Assembly (NCBI GenBank): GCA_016184305.1
Contig: JACPCX010000175.1
Location: forward strand, 124 to 64,123
Reading direction: 5' to 3'
Length of the DNA stretch: 64,000 bases
Source of the DNA: Candidatus Rokuibacteriota bacterium
GTDB lineage: Bacteria > Methylomirabilota > Methylomirabilia > Rokubacteriales > CSP1-6
Shown here: piece after piece, positions 53,256 through 61,542 of the stretch
Layout of the letters: the number at the start of each line of letters is the position of its first letter
Position numbering within the stretch: position 1 is the stretch's first letter
Position numbers and translations under genes: made by a program
The notes under the pieces: model-generated
What the model was told of the DNA's origin: nothing
Databases searched by the model: none
What the model saw: only the letters and a program-made list of their open reading frames with translations

Positions 53256-54634
53256 GCCCCGCTATTACCTTCCTTGGCGCCGCCGGGACAGTCACCGGAT
53301 CCAAGCATCTCCTGGAGGCCGGCGGCGCACGCCTCCTCCTGGATTGTGGTCTCTTCCAGGGCCTGAAAGAGCTGCGCCTGCGCAACTGGCAGCCGCCGCC
53401 CGTGGATCCGGCGCACCTGGATGCGGTGATCCTGAGCCACGCGCACATCGACCACTCGGGCTACCTGCCGCGCCTGGTGCGCTCGGGTTTCACCGGGCCT
53501 GTGTTCTGCACCCGCGGCACTGCCGATCTCCTCGCCGTGATGCTGCCCGATGCCGCGAGCCTCCAGGAGGAGGAGGCCGCCTTCGCCAACCGCCACAAGA
53601 CCTCCCGCCACTCGCCCGCGCTGCCGCTCTTCACGACGGAGGACGCCCAGCGCGCGCTCCAGCAGATCCGCACCGTGGAGTTCGGCCAGCGCTTCCAGCC
53701 GGCGCGCGCCGCGCAGGCCCGTTTCCTCGCCGCCGGGCACATCCTCGGGGCCGGGCTCGTGGAGGTCTCCATCGCGGGGCGGCTCGTCGTCTTCTCCGGC
53801 GATCTCGGGCGCTACGACGTGCCCATCATGCGCGATCCGGACCCCGCGCCCGAGGCCGACCTGCTCCTGGTGGAGTCCACCTACGGGAACCGGATCCATC
53901 CGGACGGCGACCGCGCCGCCGGCCTCGTGGAGGCGGTCCAGCGCGCGGCCCGTCATCGGGGCTGGCTGCTCGTGCCGGCCTTCGCCGTGGGGCGCTCGCA
54001 GGAGCTGCTCTATGCGCTCCGCGAGCTCGAGGCGGCCGAGCGCATCCCCTCGCTGCCGGTGTATCTCGACAGCCCCATGGCCATCGAGGCCACGGTGATC
54101 TACGCGCGCCATCCCGAGGAGCACGACACCGCGCTTCGGGCCGCCGAGGCGTCCGGCACGCGCCCCTTCGCCCCGCGGCGCTTCCACCTGTCGCGCACCG
54201 TGCAGGACTCCAAGCGGCTCAACGGGCTGGGCGGCCCCGGGATCATCATCGCCGGCAGCGGCATGGCCACCGGAGGGCGCATCCTCCACCACATGAAGCG
54301 CCTGCTGCCGGATCCGGCGACCACGGTGCTCTTCGTCGGCTACCAGGCGGCCGGGACCCGCGGGCGGCTGCTTCGCGACGGCGCGCGCGAGATCAAGATG
54401 CTCGGGGAGATGGTTCCGGTCCGCGCGACGATCCTGGTGAGCGACGTCTACTCGGCCCACGGGGACCGGAGCGAGATCCTCCGGTGGCTCGGGGGCTTCC
54501 AGCGCCCGCCCTCCATGACCTATGTGGTCCACGGCGAGCCGGAGGCGGCCGAGGCCCTGCGCGAGGCCATCCGGCAGGAGCGCGGGTGGACGGTGGAGGT
54601 CGCCCAGGACGGTCAGCGCGTGGCGCTCTCGTGA
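53252..54634 (+). CDS. MBL-fold beta-CASP family hydrolase (RNA-metabolising metallo-beta-lactamase)
   Basis: 'LSHAHIDHSGYLP' (HxHxDH), 'VESTYGN', and a beta-CASP-like C-terminal half. ATGA overlap with thiI. Confidence 0.85.
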   Translation: MSPAITFLGAAGTVTGSKHLLEAGGARLLLDCGLFQGLKELRLRNWQPPPVDPAHLDAVILSHAHIDHSGYLPRLVRSGFTGPVFCTRGTADLLAVMLPDAASLQEEEAAFANRHKTSRHSPALPLFTTEDAQRALQQIRTVEFGQRFQPARAAQARFLAAGHILGAGLVEVSIAGRLVVFSGDLGRYDVPIMRDPDPAPEADLLLVESTYGNRIHPDGDRAAGLVEAVQRAARHRGWLLVPAFAVGRSQELLYALRELEAAERIPSLPVYLDSPMAIEATVIYARHPEEHDTALRAAEASGTRPFAPRRFHLSRTVQDSKRLNGLGGPGIIIAGSGMATGGRILHHMKRLLPDPATTVLFVGYQAAGTRGRLLRDGAREIKMLGEMVPVRATILVSDVYSAHGDRSEILRWLGGFQRPPSMTYVVHGEPEAAEALREAIRQERGWTVEVAQDGQRVALS

Positions 54635-55917
54635 GCACGGCGCCGGGGGCGCAACGAGCGGTGGGGGATCGGCGCGCGGTGATCGCCTGGACGCTCTACG
54701 ACTTCGCCAACTCGGCCTTCGTGGCCGTGATCCCCGCCACCGTGTACTCCAAGTACTACGCGCTGGCCGTGGTGGGAAACGAGCGAGGGGAAGGGGACTT
54801 CTGGTGGGGGCTCTCCGTGACCACCTCGATGGCGTTCGTCGCCCTGTCCGCTCCGCCGATGGGGGCCATCGCCGACCACACGGGCCAGCGCAAGCGGTTC
54901 ATGTTCCTGCTCACCTGGATCAGCGTCGCGGCCACCGCGCTCATGGCCACCGTGGGGCCGGGCGACGTGCTCTGGGGCTGGGTCCTGGCGGTGGTCGGCA
55001 CGGTGGGCTTCGAGAGCGCCATCGTCTACTACAACGCCTACCTTCCCGACCTCTCGGTGCAGGGACGGCAGGGGCGACTGTCGGCCTATGGTTTCGCCGT
55101 GGGGTACCTGGGCTCCGCCGTCGCGCTGGGCGCGGCCTTGCCCTTCGCGCTGCGGGGGAGCTATGCGGGCGCCTTCCTCTCCGCGGCGGTGCTCTTCGGT
55201 GTCTTCTCGGTCCCCGCGTTCCTGTGGCTCCCGGCCGACCGGCCGGGTGCCCTCAGCGTCCGGGAGGCGATCGGGGTGGGCTTCGTCCAGACCCAGGCCT
55301 CGCTGCGCCGCATCCTGGCTCTTCCGGATCTGCGCCGGTTCCTCCTCGCCTATCTCTTCTTCGAGGACGGCATCAACACCGTGGTCTACTTCTCGTCGGT
55401 CTTCGCCGGCCACACCCTCGGCTTCTCCACCACCGAGGTGATCCTGCTCTACTTCGTCGTGCAGCTCACGGCGCTGGCCGGGGCGTGGATATGGGGGCGG
55501 CCCACGGACCTCCGCGGGCCCAAGTTCGTCGTGACCTGCACGCTGGTCCAGTGGTGCGTCGTCGTGGTGGCCGCGTACTTCGTCCAGACCAAGATGCAGT
55601 TCTTCGTGCTCGCCGTGCTCGCGGGCACCGGGCTCGGCGCCGTCCAGGCCGCCAGCCGCACCTTCATGGCAACGCTGATCCCGCCCGGGCATGAAGCCGA
55701 GATGTTCGGGTTCTACGCGCTGTGCGGCAAGACGGCCGCGATCTTCGGGCCGATGGTCTTCGGGCTGGCCTCGCTGCTCAGCGGCGGCAACCAGCGCATC
55801 GCCATCGTCGCGATCGGCGTGTTCTTCCTGGCGGGCCTCGGCCTCCTGCGGGGGGTGAAGGCGGGAGGCCCGACCCACGTGACCTCTCCTGCGGGGCCGG
55901 GATCGACTCGCCACTGA
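54631..55917 (+). CDS. MFS transporter (UMF1/Atg22-like)
   Basis: GTGA overlap with the upstream gene. 'WTLYDFANSAF' N-terminus and a ~12-TM hydrophobic profile. Confidence 0.85.
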   Translation: MSTAPGAQRAVGDRRAVIAWTLYDFANSAFVAVIPATVYSKYYALAVVGNERGEGDFWWGLSVTTSMAFVALSAPPMGAIADHTGQRKRFMFLLTWISVAATALMATVGPGDVLWGWVLAVVGTVGFESAIVYYNAYLPDLSVQGRQGRLSAYGFAVGYLGSAVALGAALPFALRGSYAGAFLSAAVLFGVFSVPAFLWLPADRPGALSVREAIGVGFVQTQASLRRILALPDLRRFLLAYLFFEDGINTVVYFSSVFAGHTLGFSTTEVILLYFVVQLTALAGAWIWGRPTDLRGPKFVVTCTLVQWCVVVVAAYFVQTKMQFFVLAVLAGTGLGAVQAASRTFMATLIPPGHEAEMFGFYALCGKTAAIFGPMVFGLASLLSGGNQRIAIVAIGVFFLAGLGLLRGVKAGGPTHVTSPAGPGSTRH

Positions 55918-56280
55918 CGGGACGCCTCACCAGGCGCCTGGTCATCGCCGCTTCGCTCCTCGTGGTTCTCGCCGCCACGATCTGGCTGGAGGTCCGCTCC
56001 TTCATCGCCGTTCCCGCGGTGCTGGTCTGCCTGGTCCTCGCCTTCCGCCTTGCCTCCGGCGCGTGGGCCCGAGCCGCCGTCATCGCGCTGGCCGTTCCGG
56101 TCGTCTTGTCGGAGCAGTCGCGCCTGCCGCCGTTCTCGCCCGACGACGTGAGGGCGATGGACCTCGGCATGGCCCTCGCCCCCCGGCGTGGTCGATCCCA
56201 TCTCGCGCCGGTGCGTGGCCATGCGCTGAGGGCGCGGCCTCGGGGGAAGGCCTCCCCGCGCACAAGATGTGGGGGGCAGC

Positions 56281-56310
56281 TTGACACCCGCCCGCGACAG
56301 AGCGTAACGT
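56281..56310 (+). promoter_or_regulatory. sigma-70-type promoter TTGACA-18-TAACGT abutting the rpiB start
   Basis: Consensus -35 at 56281-56286 and -10 at 56305-56310. The ATG at 56320 is only 9 nt downstream. Confidence 0.5.
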
Positions 56311-56319
56311 GAGGCCGTC

Positions 56320-56790
56320 ATGACCTCCGTCGCCCTCGGGGCCGATCACGCCGGCTGGGAGCTGAAGGAAGCCCTCAAGGCGTGGCTCATCGACCAGGGC
56401 CATCAGGTGCTCGACTTCGGTACGCACTCCCCCGACCCCGTTGACTACCCGGACTACGCCGAGCAGGTCGCCGAGGCGGTGACTGTCGCCAAGGTGGAGC
56501 GTGGGATCCTCGTCTGCGGCACCGGGATCGGCATGGCCATCACCGCCAACAAGGTTCCGGGAGTGCGCGCCGCAGCCTGCTCCGATCTCTACACGGCCCG
56601 CATGAGCCGCGAGCACAACGACACCAACGTGCTCGCCCTCGGCGGGCGCCTGATGGGGCGGGAGATGGCGCTGGAGATCGTCAGGGCCTGGATCGAGACC
56701 GGGTTCGCCGGGGGGCGCCACAGCGGGCGCGTGGACAAGATCGGTGCCGTCGAGCGCCGCCACACCGATCGGGCGGCGAGCGCCCCGTGA
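56320..56790 (+). CDS. rpiB: ribose 5-phosphate isomerase B
   Basis: '[10 protein letters not shown]' and '[13 protein letters not shown]'. Confidence 0.93.
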   Translation: MTSVALGADHAGWELKEALKAWLIDQGHQVLDFGTHSPDPVDYPDYAEQVAEAVTVAKVERGILVCGTGIGMAITANKVPGVRAAACSDLYTARMSREHNDTNVLALGGRLMGREMALEIVRAWIETGFAGGRHSGRVDKIGAVERRHTDRAASAP

Positions 56791-58052
56791 CGAGGGCGGG
56801 GATGGGCTGGCTCGAGCAGGCGGATCCTGAGATCGCGAAGGTCATCCGCGGCGAGACGGAGCGGCAGTCGCGCAACCTGGAGCTGATCGCCTCCGAGAAC
56901 TTCGTCTCCGAGGCCGTGCTCGAGGCCACGGGCTCCGTCTTGACCAACAAGTACGCCGAGGGCTACCCGGGCCGCCGCTACTACGGCGGCTGCGAGATCG
57001 TGGACATCGCCGAGGAGCTGGCCATCGCGCGCGCCAAGGAGCTGTTCGGCGCCGAGCACGTCAATGTCCAGCCGCATTCGGGCTCCCAGGCCAACATGGC
57101 GGTCTACATGACGCTGCTCCAGCCCGGGGACACGGTGCTCGGGCCAAACCTCGCCCACGGCGGCCACCTCACGGCCGGCCACCCGCTGAACTTCTCCGGC
57201 AAGCTCTACCGCATCGTCGCCTACGGCGTCACGCGCGATACCGAGCGCATCGACCTCGACCAGGTGCGCGATCTCTCGCGCCAGCACCGTCCGAAGCTCA
57301 TCATCGCCGGCGGGTCGGCGTTTCCGCGGGCCATCGACTTCCAGCCGTTCCGCCAGATCGCCGACGAGGTGGGCGCGGCCCTCATGGCCGACATCGCTCA
57401 CCCCGCCGGCCTCGTCGCCGCCGGGCTCCACCCCTCCCCCATCCCCTACGCCGACTTCGTGACCACGACGACGCACAAGACGCTCCGCGGCCCGCGCGGC
57501 GGCATGGTCATGTGCCGGCAGGCGCATGCCCAGGCCCTCGACAAGGTCGTGCTGCCCGGCATCCAGGGCGGCCCGCTCATGCACGTCATCGCGGCCAAGG
57601 CGGTGGCGTTCCGCGAGGCGCAGAGCCCCGAGTGGCGCGCCTACCAGGGGCAGATCGTCCGCAACGCGCACGCGCTGGCGGGGGCGCTGATGGGGCGCGG
57701 CTACCGCCTCGTCTCCGGCGGCACGGACACGCACCTCATGCTCATGGACCTCACGCCGAAGAGCATCACCGGCAAGGACGCCCAGGAGGCGCTCGACCGG
57801 GCGTGGATCACCGTCAACAAGAACGGCATCCCGTTCGACACGAAGGGGCCCATGGTGACCAGCGGGGTCCGGATCGGGACGCCTGCCGTCACTACCCGCG
57901 GGATGAAGGAGCCCGAGATGGGCCAGATCGCGGCGCTGATCGATCGAGTCCTCACCAATCTCGGCAACGCCTCCGTGGAGGCCGCCGTGCGCTCCGAAGT
58001 CCAGGAGCTGACCGCCCGCTTCCCGCTCTACGCCGAGCGCCTCCGCGCATGA
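56787..58052 (+). CDS. glyA: serine hydroxymethyltransferase
   Basis: 'LELIASENF' and '[14 protein letters not shown]'. GTG at 56787 (GTGA overlap) or ATG at 56802. Confidence 0.96.
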   Translation: MTRAGMGWLEQADPEIAKVIRGETERQSRNLELIASENFVSEAVLEATGSVLTNKYAEGYPGRRYYGGCEIVDIAEELAIARAKELFGAEHVNVQPHSGSQANMAVYMTLLQPGDTVLGPNLAHGGHLTAGHPLNFSGKLYRIVAYGVTRDTERIDLDQVRDLSRQHRPKLIIAGGSAFPRAIDFQPFRQIADEVGAALMADIAHPAGLVAAGLHPSPIPYADFVTTTTHKTLRGPRGGMVMCRQAHAQALDKVVLPGIQGGPLMHVIAAKAVAFREAQSPEWRAYQGQIVRNAHALAGALMGRGYRLVSGGTDTHLMLMDLTPKSITGKDAQEALDRAWITVNKNGIPFDTKGPMVTSGVRIGTPAVTTRGMKEPEMGQIAALIDRVLTNLGNASVEAAVRSEVQELTARFPLYAERLRA

Positions 58053-58378
58053 AGTGCCCCTTCTGCGGCCACAGCGAGGACCGCGTGGTGGACTCGCGCG
58101 AGAAGCGCTCCGTGGGCGTCCAGGCGGTGGACGACGTCGTGGCCGAGATCGAGGCTAAGCTCCACGAGCGGGCCGAGAAGGAGATCACCAGCAAGGAGCT
58201 CGGCGAGCTCGTGATGGAGCACCTGCAGAAGCTCGACCAGGTGGCCTATGTCCGCTTCGCCTCGGTCTACCGGCAGTTCAAGGACATCTCGCAGTTCATG
58301 GACGAGGTGAAGGGGCTCATCAAGGAAGGCGAGAAGCCCAAGGCCGCCAAGCCAGTGAAGGCGGCTCCCCGCCGCTAG
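58049..58378 (+). CDS. nrdR: NrdR-like transcriptional repressor, internally shortened (109 aa; second zinc-ribbon Cys pair and the N-terminal half of the ATP-cone are missing)
   Basis: '[18 protein letters not shown]' joins directly to '[17 protein letters not shown]...[32 protein letters not shown]'. ATGA overlap with glyA. Confidence 0.75.
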   Translation: MKCPFCGHSEDRVVDSREKRSVGVQAVDDVVAEIEAKLHERAEKEITSKELGELVMEHLQKLDQVAYVRFASVYRQFKDISQFMDEVKGLIKEGEKPKAAKPVKAAPRR

Positions 58379-58389
58379 CAGGCCGCGAG

Positions 58390-58408
58390 CCGCCAGGCCA
58401 CCTGGCGG
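58390..58408. terminator. hairpin between convergent nrdR and the EamA gene
   Basis: CCGCCAGG-CCA-CCTGGCGG, an 8-bp stem with no U-tract. Confidence 0.45.
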
Positions 58409-58421
58409 ACGGGACCGCGGG

Positions 58422-58943
58422 CTAGCGCGCGGTCGCCAGCGCGACGCCGCCGATCACGACCGTCGCCCCCACGAAGTGGTACCAGCGGATCGGCTCGCCC
58501 AGGATCAGCCACGACAGGCCGATCACGATGAACGGGATCAGGTTCATGAAGACGGCGGCGCGGCCCGCCCCCACCACGCGGATGCACTGGTAGTACCAAC
58601 ACGCGGCCCCCGCCAGCGCGACGATCACCGGGGCCGAGGCGCCCAGGATCCCCGCGTTCACGGGACTCGTGTGGCGGAGCCCCCAGTACCAGACCGTGGT
58701 GTTGCCCACGAGCCCGGTGAGGGAGATCACGACGAAGGTCCAGTGGTCGCGCCGCGTGAAGGCGGGGAAGGGGCCGTGAGCGAGTCGAGCGATCACCACG
58801 AGGACCGGCGCGGCCAGCGCCGCGCGCGCGGCGCTGAGCGTGAGGGGGCCGAGCTCCAGGAGCGCCAGCTTGCCGAGGGGGAAGTTCCCGGCCCACATGA
58901 GGATCACCAGCAGGAGCAGGCCGTATGCGCGGGTGGGGGTCAT
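58422..58943 (-). CDS. EamA/DMT-family transporter, shortened (173 aa versus about 290 typical)
   Basis: The N-terminal EamA half 'LLLVILMWAGNFPLGKLAL...' (about 4 TM) joins to what looks like the last ~2.5 TM of a second EamA half, 'AAVFMNLIPFIVIGLSWLILGEPIRWYHFVGATVVIGGVAL'. Confidence 0.75.
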   Translation of the reverse strand: MTPTRAYGLLLLVILMWAGNFPLGKLALLELGPLTLSAARAALAAPVLVVIARLAHGPFPAFTRRDHWTFVVISLTGLVGNTTVWYWGLRHTSPVNAGILGASAPVIVALAGAACWYYQCIRVVGAGRAAVFMNLIPFIVIGLSWLILGEPIRWYHFVGATVVIGGVALATAR

Positions 58944-59006
58944 GGGTTGACATGGTTCGGCCCTGCCGGGATGGGGCCGACAGGGCCGAGCGCCAGACAG
59001 GGCGCC

Positions 59007-59048
59007 TTACTTCTTCTTCTTCTTGGTCGCCTTCTTCTTCGCCATCAT
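59007..59048 (-). CDS. 13-codon Lys-rich micro-ORF (MMAKKKATKKKKK), candidate leader peptide
   Basis: The minus strand reads GGGAGGGGGG-TGAC-ATGATGGCGAAGAAGAAGGCGACCAAGAAGAAGAAGAAGTAA. It has a strong SD and lies 63 nt upstream of the EamA ATG. Confidence 0.3.
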   Translation of the reverse strand: MMAKKKATKKKKK

Positions 59049-59100
59049 GTCACCCCCCTCCCGTTCCGCGCGTCCATGCGGTTGATCGTCTGCTGTCCGG

Positions 59101-59130
59101 ACTCTAAGTTGAGGGTGGAAACGGTGTCAA
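59101..59130 (-). promoter_or_regulatory. candidate promoter TTGACA-18-TAGAGT (minus strand) upstream of the micro-ORF/EamA
   Basis: TGTCAA at 59125-59130 and ACTCTA at 59101-59106 on the + strand, in the most AT-rich patch of this locus. Confidence 0.4.
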
Positions 59131-59238
59131 GAAGAAAATACAGGATGGAGGGGTCCCCGGGCCCGTCAGGGGCGAGATATAGGGGGCAGGCGGGCGGGCC
59201 AGCAGGGGCGAGCAGGACGCGGAACAGCTCCGCGGGGC

Positions 59239-59326
59239 GCTCAACAGGGTCCAGATGCGAGGCGTCGAGCGAGGAGGGACCAGCGCCGTACCTCCGCAGA
59301 TGGGGCTTTTTCAGCGGCCTGCTAGG
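59239..59326. repeat. intergenic repeat element, copy B (short form of the element at 7142-7325)
   Basis: GCTCAACAGGGTCCAGATGCGAGGCG ... GCAGATGGGGCTTTTTCAGCGGCCTGCTAGG. Its terminal CTA is the stop codon of the minus-strand phosphoribosyltransferase gene. Confidence 0.6.
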
Positions 59327-60008
59327 ACCCGTCGTGCTCCTGGGCCGCGGAGGGTCTGCGGTCTTCGCGCCGCGTGACGAACTCCTGGTTGAGCGCGACG
59401 CCCTTCTTGCAGAGCGGGCAGCTGTCCGGCGCGTAGGTGGGGAAGTCCCGGCTCACGAGGCTGAAGATCGGCTTGCCGTCCACTTCCGCTTGCCTCGTGC
59501 GGCGCCAGAGCGCGCCGATGCCGATCACCTGGGCGCCCAGCTCTTCCACGAGCTGAGTCAGGAGGCGCACCGTCTGCCCCGAGCTCACCAGATCCTCGAC
59601 GACCAGCACCTTGGTGCCGGGGCGGATCAGGCGGTGGAACTCCACCGGCAGGGTCACGCGGCGCTTGCCGCCGCTCACGCCCTTGGTGCCGTACATGACG
59701 GTGGGGCGCGAGGGATGCGCCCGGGCCACGCAGTGCGAGAGGATCAGGGCGCCGGGACCGGTGGAGAGGACCACGTCGATGGGCCACTGGGCGAAGTGCT
59801 TGGCGATCACCGCCCCGAGTCCCTCGGTGAAGGAGGGCTCGGTGGTGACCAGCGTCTTCTCGATGTACTCCGTGGTGTGATGCCCCGAGGGGAGGAGGAT
59901 GTGGTCGTTGGCGTGGTAGGCCCCGGTGCGCTTGAGGATCTCCAAGTGGATCTTCTCGCGGACGTCGGCGTCCATCAGGGTGGCGTCCTTGCGGGGCGGC
60001 GGGGTCAT
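59322..60008 (-). CDS. type I phosphoribosyltransferase family protein (orotate PRTase-like)
   Basis: PRPP loop 'KVLVVEDLVSSGQT'. The ATG at 60008 is preceded by AGGAGGAG. 228 aa. Confidence 0.85.
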   Translation of the reverse strand: MTPPPRKDATLMDADVREKIHLEILKRTGAYHANDHILLPSGHHTTEYIEKTLVTTEPSFTEGLGAVIAKHFAQWPIDVVLSTGPGALILSHCVARAHPSRPTVMYGTKGVSGGKRRVTLPVEFHRLIRPGTKVLVVEDLVSSGQTVRLLTQLVEELGAQVIGIGALWRRTRQAEVDGKPIFSLVSRDFPTYAPDSCPLCKKGVALNQEFVTRREDRRPSAAQEHDGS

Positions 60009-60102
60009 CGAGGTCTCCTCCTGAGTGGGTGGTGAGCGCCCCTCGAGCCCGCGGACGCTCCCCGGCATTATACCGTGAGTCCGGGTGTACACTGACCCGG
60101 CC

Positions 60103-60972
60103 ATGCGAATCCTGGCGCTCGAGAGCGCGACCCTGACGGGTGGCGCGGCCCTCCTCGACGGCGATCGCCTCGTCGGGGAGAGCATCCTCTCGGTCTCGCT
60201 GACTCACTCCGAGCGGCTCATGGCCATGGCCGACCGCCTGCTGCGGGACTGCGACTGGACCGCGAAGGATCTGGAAGGTCTCGCCGTCTCCATCGGACCC
60301 GGCTCCTTCACGGGGATCCGCGTGGGCGTCGCCACGATGAAGGGGCTCGCGCTGGCCCTGGGTCTGCCGGTGGCGCCCGTGCCCACGCTCGACGCGCTCG
60401 CCTCCACGCTGCCCTTCGCGGACGTCCCCGTGTGCCCGCTCCTCCACGCCCGCAAGGGCGAGGTGTACGTGTCGCTGTACCGGTGGCAGGACGATCGGAT
60501 GGTGCGCGAGTGGGATTATCTCGCGCTGCCGCCCGAGGCCGCGGTGGCGCGCCTCGATCCGCCCGTGATCGTGCTCGGCGACGGGGTCGAGGCGTGCCGC
60601 CCTTTTCTCGCCCGCCTCGGCGGGGCCGTGCGGGTGGCCCCGCCTGCGCGCCGCCTGCCGTCTCCGGGCGTCGTCGCCCAGCTCGGCCACGCCATCCTCG
60701 AGGCGGGCCAGGGGGTGGCCGGCGAGGTGCTGCTCCCCCTCTACCTCCGCCCGTCGGAGGAGGAGCTGAAGGCAGGGCGAGCCGCAGCCGGAGGCGAGGC
60801 GAGCGGACATGGGGATCCGGCGAGCGTGAGCGAGCCAGGGCGAGCCGCAGCCGGAGGCGAGGCGAGCGGACATGGGGATCCGGCGAGCGGGAGCGAGCCG
60901 GGGCGAGCCGCAGCCGGAGGCGAGGCGAGCGGACGTGAAAATTCCCCGAGCGGAGCGAGGCGCCGTGGCTGA
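60103..60972 (+). CDS. tsaB: tRNA threonylcarbamoyladenosine biosynthesis protein TsaB with a repeat-derived C-terminal extension
   Basis: 'ILALESATLTGGAAL' and 'GPGSFTGIRVGVA'. The core ends near '...LYLRPSEEE', followed by about 67 aa encoded by the 63-bp tandem repeat. Confidence 0.88.
   Translation: MRILALESATLTGGAALLDGDRLVGESILSVSLTHSERLMAMADRLLRDCDWTAKDLEGLAVSIGPGSFTGIRVGVATMKGLALALGLPVAPVPTLDALASTLPFADVPVCPLLHARKGEVYVSLYRWQDDRMVREWDYLALPPEAAVARLDPPVIVLGDGVEACRPFLARLGGAVRVAPPARRLPSPGVVAQLGHAILEAGQGVAGEVLLPLYLRPSEEELKAGRAAAGGEASGHGDPASVSEPGRAAAGGEASGHGDPASGSEPGRAAAGGEASGRENSPSGARRRG
60775..60934. repeat. 63-bp tandem repeat, about 2.5 copies (units start at 60775, 60838 and 60901)
   Basis: GGGCGAGCCGCAGCCGGAGGCGAGGCGAGCGGACATGGGGATCCGGCGAGCG(T/G)GAGCGAGCC(A/G). 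Copies 1 and 2 differ at 2 positions. Copy 3 is identical for 34 nt and then degenerates. Confidence 0.9.
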
Positions 60973-61480
60973 GACGCAGACGCGGCCGCCGCTGTCCCTG
61001 GCGCCCATGACCCTCGACGACCTCGACGATGTCCTGGCCATCGAGCGTGTCTCCTTCAAGACCCCGTGGTCGCGCGCCGCTTTCCGCTACGAGCTCACCC
61101 AGAACCGGGTCGCTCGCTGCATGGTTGCCCGGGCCGGCGCGCGGCTCTGCGGCTACCTCTGTCTCTGGGAGATCGGCCACGAGATCCACATCACCAACCT
61201 GGCCGTCCATCCGGAGTGGAGGCGTCGGGGGACCGCCCGGGCGCTACTCGAGTCGACCCTCGCCGAGGGGCGGGCCCGGGGTGTGCTCCTCGCCTTTCTT
61301 GAGGTCCGGCCCACCAACGTCGAGGCGCTCGGCCTCTACGAGAGTCTCGGCTTCCGCGTCATAGGCCAGCGAAAGGGCTACTATTTCGACACCGGCGAAG
61401 ACGCCCTGGTCATGGAGGCCGATTTCAGGCTGTCGCAGGGGGCGGCACCCGCTGACGAAACCCTGGGAACCGTTGGCTAG
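60965..61480 (+). CDS. rimI: ribosomal-protein-alanine N-acetyltransferase (GNAT)
   Basis: 'VLAIERVSFKTPWS', 'ITNLAVHPEWRRRGTARALL', 'LEVRPTNVEALGLYESLGF'. GTG at 60965 (8-nt overlap with tsaB) or ATG at 61007. Confidence 0.88.
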   Translation: MAETQTRPPLSLAPMTLDDLDDVLAIERVSFKTPWSRAAFRYELTQNRVARCMVARAGARLCGYLCLWEIGHEIHITNLAVHPEWRRRGTARALLESTLAEGRARGVLLAFLEVRPTNVEALGLYESLGFRVIGQRKGYYFDTGEDALVMEADFRLSQGAAPADETLGTVG

Positions 61481-61542
61481 CCTCGGGGGTTGCCGAGTTA
61501 CTACATGTGTGCCGCCCACCTCATCACGTTCAGGAGGACTCC

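Noticed and set aside
58476-60035. 519-aa plus-strand ORF
   Set aside because: It runs antisense through the EamA and phosphoribosyltransferase genes and through the repeat/promoter region. It is a shadow ORF.
60775-60963. Tandem repeats (also 28850-29010) considered as CRISPR arrays
   Set aside because: Units abut directly or are separated by a related sequence rather than unique spacers. Only 2-3 copies are present. The unit lengths (63 and 72 nt) and the absence of cas genes do not fit.
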